Positions 36,175 to 46,854 of a stretch of DNA of 64,000 nt are shown piece by piece (the stretch's first letter is position 1; each line of letters begins with the position of its first letter). Source of the DNA: Azolla caroliniana (Eukaryota; Plantae; Polypodiophyta); NCBI GenBank assembly GCA_043228905.1, contig JBHGNT010000016.1, positions 4,154,001-4,218,000 on the forward strand, written 5' to 3'. The translations under genes and the position numbers were made by a program. A model generated the notes under the pieces. The model did no database searches and was not told the origin of the DNA. It saw only the letters and a list, made by a program, of their open reading frames with translations.

Positions 36175-39100
36175 TGTCGTAGTGTATTTCGTACACTACG
36201 TGAAAAAGTAAAAAATAATATAAACGATTTAATTACATATAAATAAATAAAATAAGAATATCAAAATGTTTGTCACGTGCATAGGGCAGGATTCGAACCC
36301 TATACCTCCACATAGCCAAACCTCAACTTTACCATTATGCTACCTTACCTTTAGTGTTCTATAAATAGATTTAATAACTATAAGTGCTTTATTTGCACCT
36401 ACCTTTATTAAAAGGTAAATCGTGCATTTTTAGAGTGCGTGAATATTTTATAGAAAAACGCAAGCAACTAAAAAGTGACTCATGCACATCTAGCGTGCAT
36501 GAGCACTATATTTAGCAAATAAAAGCAAGGATTAGAAAAGCATCACATGCATATTTAGTGTGCATGAACATATTAGAAAAAAAGCATGTAGCTATGCTTA
36601 GTCTCTCCCATCACTACATAAGGATGGGGAGCACAATGTAATAGTGTGTGAAATATTTGGGAAATTGGATATATTTCCTAAAACACCAATTAATATACTC
36701 GTGGGATTCACGAATGTTGCCATAAAAAATTACTCTTATAATCTAAATATTGTTTTAAAATACACTAAACTCGTGGGATTCACGAGATTACTATCTTACT
36801 TCTCTTCCTATTATTCATAACTAGCCTTAAGTTGTATTCCTCTTCCTCCTAGTCCAAAACCTCAGCGGTTCCCACCCGACTCACGCAACGATCTGGAGCC
36901 GAAAGGCACGACACAGTTGGTGAACCCGACGTGAAGGCGGGTGGTAAGGAGATGGAGAATCAACAAGAGGCAATGAGCATAACGATGATGATGATGTTCG
37001 AGCGGATGCTACAAGAACAACGAGCGATGTCGGAGATCACGGGGGCAGTAAAGCGGCTCGTACAACGAAACGGGGAATTCAACGGTAAGGGTGTGTCACG
37101 CTACCTACGTGAATATAAGGCGGAGATGATGCAATATCGGATACCGGAAGGATTGCAAGTGATATCCTTTAGTCGGGTGGCCTCGGACGAACTACAAGAG
37201 AGAATCCACAAGATACAACAACAAAACTCGACATGGGAGTCCTTTGAAGAAGCTTTACGGGAGGCATATGACTATGAGAGATGGAAGGGACGAGATCGAC
37301 GAGAATTCGACGAATGGGTGGCGTCGGAGAAGACTCACCGAAGTGCAACGCAAGCGTTCCTAGAGTTCGAGCATCGTTTTGCTCGACTCTCGGAGCGGGA
37401 ACGAAGATTGGTGGGAGAAGATAAAGTCTTAATGTTCGTAAGATCGATCGATCGGAAAGAAAGGATGGACATTGGGATCGAACTCGAAGATGATGACGGT
37501 GCGAACGGCCTTACCGAGGATTGGGCCAAAGTCGAAAGGGTATGCCGAAGACATGATGAAAGGAAGCTGAGAATCTCGTCAACAACGACATGGCCCATGA
37601 AGGATGGTCGATTGAGGAAAAACGATGAAGCCAATATGAAGGCCGAAATACAACATGATGGTACCACGGGAGAAAGAGTGGAACAAGACACCCACTCGTC
37701 TTGTGAAAGAACGATGGCGAAGGATAAGGCCGATAATTCAAGTGTAGAAGGAAATTTCGGGATACAAGTGCCCGAGACATCGGGTCAAAAAGGGGTAAGC
37801 ATAATAGATGTTTGCATAATTGATGCAGATAAAGAGTGTGAAGCGGATGTGATTAAGGAGGTAGCCACAAAAGACGAAATCGAATCGGAGGTGGCTATGG
37901 ACGAATCAATGGCGGATTGCCATATCGAGACTTCCCCACCACTGATTCCAGAGACTCCGGCGGTTGCGATCGAAAGGCAACGTGAGACCGAAGAGACGGA
38001 AGGTGGCGGAGAGAAAACAAAGGTCGAAGTCGATGCATACAACGGAGAGATAGCCGAGAATATGGCTATGGGTGAAACAATGGAGGATGATAATACCGAG
38101 GATTCCTACCCACTAATCCTAGAGACTTCGGCGGTTGTGTCTGAGAAGCAACGTGAGACCGGAGAGACGGGAGGTGGCGGCAAGAAAGGTAAAGTCGGAA
38201 GCCGGTTCGGATGGAAGGTGATCCGGACGGGATTCCGATCCGAAAGAAAGCCGAACCGGGTAAAAGACGATTCGGCCAAAAGACGATCCGGAAAGAAGCT
38301 AATCCGACTCAACCGAAGGTTGGACCGGTCGAGGCTGGTGAAAACGAGGAAAAGAAAGCCAACCGAAACCGAAACCGATAGATTGAAACCGGGCCGGAAG
38401 GAGACCGACTCAATCGAAACCGAACAACCGATTCCGATTCGGCTAAATACGAATCCGATCAGAAGCCGATCATACCGAAAGTCGATCGGACGAGAGCGAT
38501 CCGGAAAAAAGTCAAGGTTGATGAAGACAAGAAAGGGGCCAGTAAAAGACACTACCACGAATGACAAGGGCCAAGAATATGACGAGAGAGAACAAAGAAT
38601 ATGGTGGATCGGATGGCAACAATGGTTCGGGTGGAAAGAATGGGTCTACTCAAAATGGAGAGACAAAGTTGACATAGCGGGACAAACGGAGGATGAAGGG
38701 GAGACAACGAGCATCGGCAACTTCGGCACATACCGGAGGATGTGCGGGTTCGGAGGGGGCGAGTGTCGTAGTGTATTTCGTACACTACGTGAAAAAGTAA
38801 AAAATAATATAAACGATTTAATTACATATAAATAAATAAAATAAGAATATCAAAATATTTGTCACGTGCATAGGGCAGGATTTGAACCCTATACCTCCAC
38901 GTAGCCAAACCTCAACTTTACCATTATGCTACCTTACCTTTAGTGTTCTATAAATAGATTTAATAACTATAAGTGCTTTATTTGCACCTACCTTTATTAA
39001 AAGGTAAATCGTGCATTTTTAGAGTGCGTGAATATTTTGTAGAAAAACGCAAGCAACTAAAAAGTGACTCATGCACATCTAGCGTGCATGAGCACTATAT

Positions 39101-39503
39101 TTAGCAAATAAAAGCAAGGATTAGAAAAGCATCACATGCATATTTAGTGTGCATGAACATATTAGAAAAAAAGCATGTAGCTATGCTTAGTCTCTCCCAT
39201 CACTACATAAGGATGGGGAGCACAATGTAATAGTGTGTGAAATATTTGGGAAATTGGATATATTTCCTAAAACACCAATTAATATACTCGTGGGATTCAC
39301 GAATGTTGCCATAAAAAAATTACTCTTATAATCTAAATATTGTTTTAAAATACACTAAACTCGTGGGATTCACGAGATTACTATCTTACTTCTCTTCCTA
39401 TTATTCATAACTAGCCTTAAGTTGTATTCCTCTTCCTCCTAGTCCAAAACCTCAGCGGTTCCCACCCGACTCACGCAACGATCTGGAGCCGAAAGGCACG
39501 ACA
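36175..39503 (+). mobile_element. Element E, non-autonomous gag-only LTR element of the D family
   Basis: LTRs 36175-36913 and 38764-39503, TSD ACGG, Trp PBS, same PPT as D, no pol. Confidence 0.94.
36952..38835 (+). CDS. Gag-derived protein with acidic, basic and Trp-rich tail (element E)
   Basis: N-terminus aligns with D Gag (RLVQRNGxFNGK.VSRYL..YKAEM, DKVxMF, GLTExW); open 627 codons. Confidence 0.8.
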   Translation: MENQQEAMSITMMMMFERMLQEQRAMSEITGAVKRLVQRNGEFNGKGVSRYLREYKAEMMQYRIPEGLQVISFSRVASDELQERIHKIQQQNSTWESFEEALREAYDYERWKGRDRREFDEWVASEKTHRSATQAFLEFEHRFARLSERERRLVGEDKVLMFVRSIDRKERMDIGIELEDDDGANGLTEDWAKVERVCRRHDERKLRISSTTTWPMKDGRLRKNDEANMKAEIQHDGTTGERVEQDTHSSCERTMAKDKADNSSVEGNFGIQVPETSGQKGVSIIDVCIIDADKECEADVIKEVATKDEIESEVAMDESMADCHIETSPPLIPETPAVAIERQRETEETEGGGEKTKVEVDAYNGEIAENMAMGETMEDDNTEDSYPLILETSAVVSEKQRETGETGGGGKKGKVGSRFGWKVIRTGFRSERKPNRVKDDSAKRRSGKKLIRLNRRLDRSRLVKTRKRKPTETETDRLKPGRKETDSIETEQPIPIRLNTNPIRSRSYRKSIGRERSGKKSRLMKTRKGPVKDTTTNDKGQEYDEREQRIWWIGWQQWFGWKEWVYSKWRDKVDIAGQTEDEGETTSIGNFGTYRRMCGFGGGECRSVFRTLREKVKNNINDLITYK

Positions 39504-42097
39504 ACGGACTGGAGGGGTTCTTGACCATCATGGAGGCACCGCCGCACAGAGAAGCCGACCGGGTCATCAAGGAGCTCGACACGGAAGTCATCACCGAGGA
39601 AGCGATCCGTGCGCTAACAGGCCTTCCGGAGGGAGGTATTTTTCAAATCGATAACCCAACCTCGGAGCAACTCACCCGATATTTCGGTGAGTACTCTGTT
39701 GCCGGCAAAGGCTATCGAACGCAGGGCGGCGAAGATCCGCTATTCAGGGAGATAGCTCGAGTGCTCCATGAGTACGGCCACGTGTACCCCCGACCCCCTG
39801 TCATGCCAAAAAATCGGGCAGGGATGATCATAGCCACCTATGAAGGGATCAAGGTGGACTGGCCGGTGTTGATTGCAGACGGTTTGTGCGCGGCAATCGA
39901 CATGGTACGAGGGAAGGACGGCAAGGAGGGCCGGAAGCTGTGGCATGCCGTAGCACAGTGGATAACATTGCTCGTGCCGCCGGTCAAGACCGTTCAGCCA
40001 AAGAAGCGGCCAAGATTATCGGAAGGAAGCACCCCGAAGCCCGCGTCCAAACGACAGCAGCTGCTGGCGTCAAAGGCGACGAAAGGAAAGAAACGGCTCC
40101 CAGAACCGGAGGAGGTGTCACCGGTCCGACCCGTTAAGATAACCATACGGCGACCGGGACAGAAGGAACCGGAACCCTTGACGGCACAGAAACATGCCGT
40201 TACCCAGGAAGAGGAAACGGAGGAGCCAGAAGAGCACCTCCAACGACGGTCAAGAAGTAGGACCGCCGGGACAGCGGGGGAGCGTTCGTACCCGCAAGAG
40301 GAAGAAACGTCCCCAACTCAACCTGAGCAGACCACAAGGGAGGAACCGGAACCGGTGCGTATGGTACCGGCCTTGTCGACTTCTATAGAAGAAGTCATTC
40401 CAACGGCTCCGGAGACGGCGAGAACCGGAACTCAACAGCCGGCGAGCCCAGCCAGCACACACGGCGGCCAAGGAGTAGGACCAGTACAGCAGCAGGGCAC
40501 CAGTAGCATGTGGCTACGGTGGGTAGGTGAGCAGATCGCCGGAGCGGTCGAGTACATAGAGGCGGAGGAGAGAGCGCACAACGAACGGTTGCTCGTCACA
40601 ACCGTAGATCTAGAGACGACCCGGTCTAGAATCCGGAGCCTTGAACAAGACTTGGACAGGGTCACAAGGGAAATGGCTCAATTGGCTTTGACAACACAAG
40701 TCCAAGCACCGGTGACTCCGGGCAATGTACAGAATAAAGCGTCAGATCAACCTGTACATAGCAATCAGACCCCGGTAACGGAAACCGTTCCGGAGAGAAA
40801 TGCGGCACAAGCCCAAGAGCTTCCGGACTTAAAGGATGAGCTAGCTGCCCAAGAAGCGTTGAGGAGCCGCGAAAGAGAATTGAAGACGGCAGCGGAGGCG
40901 GAACTCAAAAAGACGGCTGAGAATCTACGCCGAGCCGAGGAGAGCTTACGAAAAGGCCACCAAGCGTACGACCGGCTCAAGGAGGAAAAGGAGAAAATGC
41001 TGCAAGAGAAGGACAGACTCCGGAGAAACGCCGAAACAGAAGTAGAGCGCCTGAAAGAGGAACTCCGGCAGATAAAGGACCGGGAGGACCGGAACCATCG
41101 CCAGATCAACGGCAAGCTCAAACAAAAAACGGAGGAATTTGAGCACTTGCACCGGGAGTATAAACGGTTGCAAACGGAGCACAAGGAACGGACGGATGAG
41201 CTCCGGCAAGCAGTTGATCGGACCGCAACGGCATACGCTAATGAACAAGCGGAAACCAGAAGACGGTTGGAAGAGGCGGAGAAGGTTCGGACAGAGCTCC
41301 TCAGGCAACAGCAGGCGGAAAAAGAAAGAGCGGCGGAGGTACTGCAGAGGCTGCAGACAACATATCAAGGGCAGCTGACGCGCTACAGAGAGCAGGCGGA
41401 GGATACGGCGAATCTCATCAAGCAGTTGAAGGAGGAGCGACAAGTGGTGGAAAGTAGAGCGCAAATGGGAGCAAGTCGCATCCAGGATATCATGCGGGCC
41501 TGGTTGAACCAGACCAAGAGCTTGATTGACAACGGCTCCGTCAAATGGTGGACCAAGTGGGCCACGAACGCGGCGGAACTCCAATTGCTCCGGGCCGACG
41601 TAGAGAACCGGCGGAAGGAGGGAGATGATTGCTATATGCTGACTTCTGAAGACTTCACCGGCATAAGAGATGAGCTGGCCGAAGACTTTCAAGCCTTGGC
41701 AGAGGACCAACTAGGGCGAGTCCGGCAACTTGTAGCTCAACTGGACGACGACAGGCTGGAGGCGCAGATCCAGTTTGAAAGCTACGAGAGGTCCCGGATC
41801 CGGGAAGAGAAAGCACGAGAACCGGTTACGGTCAACCTCAGTAATGAGGAACCGTTACTGGAAGGAGACCGGACCGGAAGCAGTCAAACGGAGATGCCAG
41901 AGTCAGAGAAACAAACGGAGCAGCCGCCGATAGAGCAGCCGGAACAGCCTCAGTCCCAACCGCAACCACAGCAGCAGCAGCAAGCACAGCCGCAACAACC
42001 ACAACCGGAAGAACAAGTGGAAATTCTGGAACAAAGTATTTTGGACAATTTGGGTGAACAATGAAGGGGCCGAGAAGGGTTCGACGTACAAGGTACT

Positions 42098-42114
42098 GTC
42101 CCACGGGCGTGCCA
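42098..42114 (-). promoter_or_regulatory. tRNA-Arg(UCU)-type primer binding site on the minus strand (TGGCACGCCCGTGGGAC)
   Basis: Matches the Tat-type Arg PBS pattern TGGCACGCCC(A/G)GTGGGAC with a 1-nt gap; 2 nt from the LTR edge. Confidence 0.7.
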
Positions 42115-42536
42115 TGTGTTACCGGCCGGCAAGGAGTCCAAAAATACGGAGTGAAGGAATTAATTAAATATGGTTGTAAATGAGCATAGTGTGGACGGAC
42201 GGACTGGAAACGGTATGCCGTTCCAGATCCGGACGGATCCCGAATAGGTGCGATAGGCACTGTTTTGTACTACGGGCCGGAAACCTATTTAAAGGCCCGG
42301 ACCCCATTGTAATCGCAGCGGATAATTAAATGAGCATATGGTGTTTATACTTCTGTGTTGATTTCCATTCTGTACTTATTGTGATATCTTACGCGTGTAA
42401 TTAACCAAAGCAATCTAATCGTGTAACCTACGTAAGTCGGTGTAATCGTTGAATCTTAATCCTATGCCGTAATCACCCTTTGGTGAAGTGTCTCCGTGAC
42501 ACCTTGTGTTAGGCCTTGTCCGGCTAGCGAATAACA

Positions 42537-43534
42537 CACACTTCCTCTGATTTGGAAGTGGTCTTCTTCATCGAGTTCACCTCGTGCTTTATCACCAAGG
42601 CTGGTCCATTACCGTTCTTGGATCCTCCCGATCCCTTCGCGTAGTGCGAGCTTTGTCGGCCATCCTTGCTGGCCTTGCCGGATCCTGATTTGTCCGAATC
42701 GGCACGTTTTCTCCAGCACTCGCTTTCTCTGTGGCCCTTTTTGCCACAGTACCAGCATTCCATTGCAGTCTTCTCTTGCCGTCTTCCGGTGCCGCCATAA
42801 CTCCCCCTGCTCCCGGAGGGTCCGAAATTGTTGTCGACATGTTCTCTATGCCTTTGTTCCTGGTCTTGTCGGCCGCCTCCATTGTGTGCCGACCCGCCTT
42901 GTCCACCACGCCCACGGGACCGATCCGCTTCCGTGTACAACATCTGGTTGTCAATGGGTGCGCTAGTTGGCGCACCGGCGTGGTTCTCCTCTACAAGGAG
43001 CATCGATTGTAAGTCGAAAAATGACGGCGTATTCTCCCTTGTACATACCACCGTTCGGAACGCTCTGAACTTACACGCCAGGCCCCCAAGACAGACCTGT
43101 ACCATCTCGTCTTCCTCTACGGTAACGTTGATAGAGGCAAGCGAGTCACAGATCTCCTTGATTCGGGCCATGTAATCCGCCACCGACATGTCCTTCTGTC
43201 GGACATTGCTCAACTCCTATCGGAGTTGCAGCTTCTGGGTTGTAGTGCTCGCGGCGAAAACCTTCTTCAGGTTTCCCCAAGCCTCCTTCGGCGTCTTGGC
43301 GTCTCGGATGTGGTTCAACAGCTGGTCTCCGACACTGGACGCGAAGCAATACATCAATCTGCTTGCCGATTGTTCCCACACTGGGAAATCCTTATGTGCC
43401 ACATCAGGTGCTATTTCGTTGGCTCCTTCGACGAAACTCCAGTAGCCATGCCCAAGTAGGTACTGGTGCATCTTGTACAACCAAGATGCGTAGTTGGATT
43501 TGTCGAGTTTCTCCACAAGGAGTGAGCTAGCCAT
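42537..43534 (-). pseudogene. gag: Copia B gag, truncated at the protease start
   Basis: EKLDKSNYASW, KEAWGNL, CWYCGKKGHRESEC; stop at 43217; ends EEV(W) at the G junction. Confidence 0.9.
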
Positions 43535-43661
43535 TCCTCTATCCATCACTTCTCTGTCTGCTGTTCTTATGACCTGTTAGGGTTTGCTTTCAAGCGTTTG
43601 TGGGTTGCAGGGGTTCTCAACCTCACTATGATACCATGTAATCAATTACTTGCGGAAGCGT

Positions 43662-46600
43662 TGTCGTAGTGTATTTCGTACACTACGTGAAAAAGTAAAA
43701 ATAATATAACCGATTTAATTACATATAAATAAATAAAATAAGAAAATCAAGATATTTATCACGTGCATAGGGCAAGATTCGAACCTTGTACCTCCACATA
43801 ACCAAACCTCAACTTTACCATTATGCTACCTTATCTTTAGTGTTCTATAAATAGATTTAATAACTATAAGTGCTTTATTTGCGCCTACCTTTATTAAAAG
43901 GTAAATCATGCATTTTTAGAGTGCGTGAATATTTTATAGAAAAACGCAAGCGACTAAAAAGTGACTCATGCACATCTAGCGTGCATGAGCACTATATTTA
44001 GCAAATAAAAGCAAGGATTAGAAAAGCATCACATGCACATTTAGTGTGCATGAACATATGAGAAAAAGCATGTAGTTATGCTTAGTCTCTCCCATCACTA
44101 TATAAGGATGGGGAGCACATTGTAGTTTTTGTTGATTATTTTTTTATAATGATCAATCAATTTAATATAATCGTGGGATTCACGAATTTGCTAAAAATAA
44201 TTCTCTCTTACTACCTAAATATTGACTAAATATACTAAACTCGTGGGATTCACGAGATTCTTATCTTATAACTCTTTATACCTATTCTTTACTAGCCTTA
44301 TTTGTATTTTTCTTTCTCCTAGTCCAAAACCCCGGTGGTTCCCACCCGACTCACGCAAACGATCCGGAGCCGAAAGGCACGACACAGTTGGTGAACCCGA
44401 CGCGAAGGCGGGTGGCAAGGAGATGGAGAATCAACAAGAGGCAATGAGCATAACGATGATGATGATGTTCGAGCGGATGCTACAAGAACAACGAGTGATG
44501 TCGGAGATCACGGGGGCAGTAAAGCGGCTCGTACAACGAAACGGACAATTCAACGGAAACGATGTGTCACGCTATCTACGTGACTACAAGGCGGAGATGA
44601 TACGATGTGGGATACCGGAAGGATTGCAAGTGACATCCTTCAATCGGGTGGCCACGAATGAGCTACAAGAGAGAATCCACAAGATACGGCAACAAAACTC
44701 GACATGGGGGTCATTTGAAGAAGCTTTACGAGAGGCATATGATTACAAGAGATCAAAGGGACAAGATCGGCGAGAATTCGATGAATGGGTGGCATTGGAG
44801 AAGACCCACCAAAGTGCAACACAAGCATTCCTAGAGTTCGAGCATCGTTTTGCGCGACTCTCGGAGCAAGAACAAAGATTGGTGGGGGAGGACAAAGTCC
44901 TAATGTTCGTAAGATCGATTGATCGGAAAGAAAGGAAGGACATCGGGATCGAACTCGAAGACGATGACGGTGCGAATGGTCTTACCGAAGATTGGGCCGA
45001 AGTCCAGAGGGTATGCCGGAGACATGATGAGAGGAAGATGAGAATCTTGTCAATGACATGGCCGATGAAGGATGGTCGATTGAAGACAAACGATGGAGCC
45101 GATATGAAGGCCGAAATACAACATGATGGTCCGACGGAAGAGGGTGTAAAACAAGCTACCCTCTTGTCTTGCGAAAGAACAACGACGAAGGATAAGGCCG
45201 ATAACCCAAGTGTAGAAGAAGATTTCAGAATACAAGTGTCCGAAACATCGGGTGAAAAAGGGGTAAACATAATTGATGCAGTGAAAGAGAGCAAAGAGGA
45301 CTTGATTGAGGAGGTCGCCACGAAAGATGACATCGAATTGAAGGTGGCTATGGACGAATCAACGACGGATGGCCATATCGAGACTTCCCCACCACTGATT
45401 CCAGAGACTCCGGCGGTTGCGATCGAAAGGCAACGTGAGACCGAAGAGACGGAAGGTGGCGGAGAGAAAACGAATGTCGAAGCCGACGAATACGATGAAG
45501 AGATAGCCGAGAAGAATGCTAAGGGTGAAACTACGAAAGAAGGTAATACCGAGGATTCATGCCAACAATATCTAGAGACTTCGGCGGTTGTGTCCGAGAA
45601 CCAACGTGAGACCGGAGAGACGGAGAACAACGGAAAGAAGTGCCGAAAGTCGAACCGGACAAGGCAGGTGAAAACGAAGAAAAGAAAGCAAATCCGGACG
45701 AAAAGAAAAGAAAAGAAACCGACCCGAAAGAGCACTGAATCGGTAAAAACCGATCAACCGAGTCCGGATCGACCGAATACAAATCGGAAAGGAAGCCGAA
45801 CTAAACGAAAGACGATCCGACGAGACCGAATCGGAAGTAAGCTAATCCGACTAAACCGAAAATCCGAAAAGAAGTCGAGATTGATGAAGAAAAGAAAGAG
45901 GGCAAGAAAAGATACTACCGCGGATGACAAGGACCAAGCGGGCCATGCAAAAAGCGAACATAGAATATGGTGGATCGGATGGCGACAATGGTTCGGGTGG
46001 AAAGAATGGGTCTACTCAAAATGGAGAGACAAAGTTGACATAGCGGGACAAACGGAGGATGAAGGAGGAGACTAACAAACACCAACAACTTCGGCACATA
46101 CCGGAGGATGTGCGGGTTCGGAGGGGGCGAGTGTCGTAGTGTATTTCGTACACTACGTGAAAAAGTAAAAATAATATAACCGATTTAATTACATATAAAT
46201 AAATAAAATAAGAAAATCAAGATATTTATCACGTGCATAGGGCAAGATTCGAACCTTGTACCTCCACGTAGCCAAACCTCAACTTTACCATTATGCTACC
46301 TTATCTTTAGTGTTCTATAAATAGATTTAATAACTATAAGTGCTTTATTTGCGCCTACCTTTATTAAAAGGTAAATCATGCATTTTTAGAGTGCGTGAAT
46401 ATTTTATAGAAAAACGCAAGCGACTAAAAAGTGACTCATGCACATCTAGCGTGCATGAGCACTATATTTAGCAAATAAAAGCAAGGATTAGAAAAGCATC
46501 ACATGCACATTTAGTGTGCATGAACATATGAGAAAAAGCATGTAGCTATGCTTAGTCTCTCCCATCACTATATAAGGATGGGGAGCACATTGTAGTTTTT

Positions 46601-46854
46601 GTTGATTATTTTTTTATAATGATCAATCAATTTAATATAATCGTGGGATTCACGAATTTGCTAAAAATAATTCTCTCTTACTACCTAAATATTGACTAAA
46701 TATACTAAACTCATGGGATTCACGAGATTCTTATCTTATAACTCTTTATACCTATTCTTTACTAGCCTTATTTGTATTTTTCTTTCTCCTAGTCCAAAAC
46801 CCCGGTGGTTCCCACCCGACTCACGCAAACGATCCGGAGCCGAAAGGCACGACA
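43662..46854 (+). mobile_element. Element F, non-autonomous gag-only LTR element in the Copia B 5' LTR
   Basis: 723-bp LTRs 43662-44384 and 46132-46854, TSD GCGT, Trp PBS, PPT. Confidence 0.94.
44423..46075 (+). CDS. Gag-derived protein with acidic, basic and Trp-rich tail (element F)
   Basis: Open 550 codons, homologous to the E ORF along its length. Confidence 0.8.
   Translation: MENQQEAMSITMMMMFERMLQEQRVMSEITGAVKRLVQRNGQFNGNDVSRYLRDYKAEMIRCGIPEGLQVTSFNRVATNELQERIHKIRQQNSTWGSFEEALREAYDYKRSKGQDRREFDEWVALEKTHQSATQAFLEFEHRFARLSEQEQRLVGEDKVLMFVRSIDRKERKDIGIELEDDDGANGLTEDWAEVQRVCRRHDERKMRILSMTWPMKDGRLKTNDGADMKAEIQHDGPTEEGVKQATLLSCERTTTKDKADNPSVEEDFRIQVSETSGEKGVNIIDAVKESKEDLIEEVATKDDIELKVAMDESTTDGHIETSPPLIPETPAVAIERQRETEETEGGGEKTNVEADEYDEEIAEKNAKGETTKEGNTEDSCQQYLETSAVVSENQRETGETENNGKKCRKSNRTRQVKTKKRKQIRTKRKEKKPTRKSTESVKTDQPSPDRPNTNRKGSRTKRKTIRRDRIGSKLIRLNRKSEKKSRLMKKRKRARKDTTADDKDQAGHAKSEHRIWWIGWRQWFGWKEWVYSKWRDKVDIAGQTEDEGGD

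Larger units (their letters stand above)
36122..42064 (+). pseudogene. Extra ORF of Gypsy G, 869 aa when rejoined (36122-36174 + 39508-42064); coiled-coil rich
   Basis: Removing E and one ACGG TSD gives a continuous frame MEPQ...RQHG|LEGFLTIMEAPP. Long E/K/R/Q heptad region and Q/P-rich tail. Confidence 0.85.
32738..42536 (+). mobile_element. Gypsy G (Athila/Tat-related pol), bounded by inverted 420-bp LTRs, gag-PR deleted, interrupted by E
   Basis: 32738-33157 is the reverse complement of 42117-42536 (~2 differences). Pol fragment and extra ORF on the plus strand. No TSD. Confidence 0.85.

Noticed and set aside
36278-36345. Functional tRNA gene
   Set aside because: Only the A/B boxes are recognisable; I could not fold a convincing acceptor or anticodon stem.
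32738-42536. DIRS or TIR DNA transposon call for element G
   Set aside because: It encodes a Gypsy RT-RH-DDE integrase with no tyrosine recombinase or transposase, and the repeats have TG..CA LTR ends.
44743-45735. 330-aa antisense ORF in element F, and other antisense ORFs over TE coding regions
   Set aside because: S/F-rich shadow of a purine-rich sense ORF; not continuous in homolog E.
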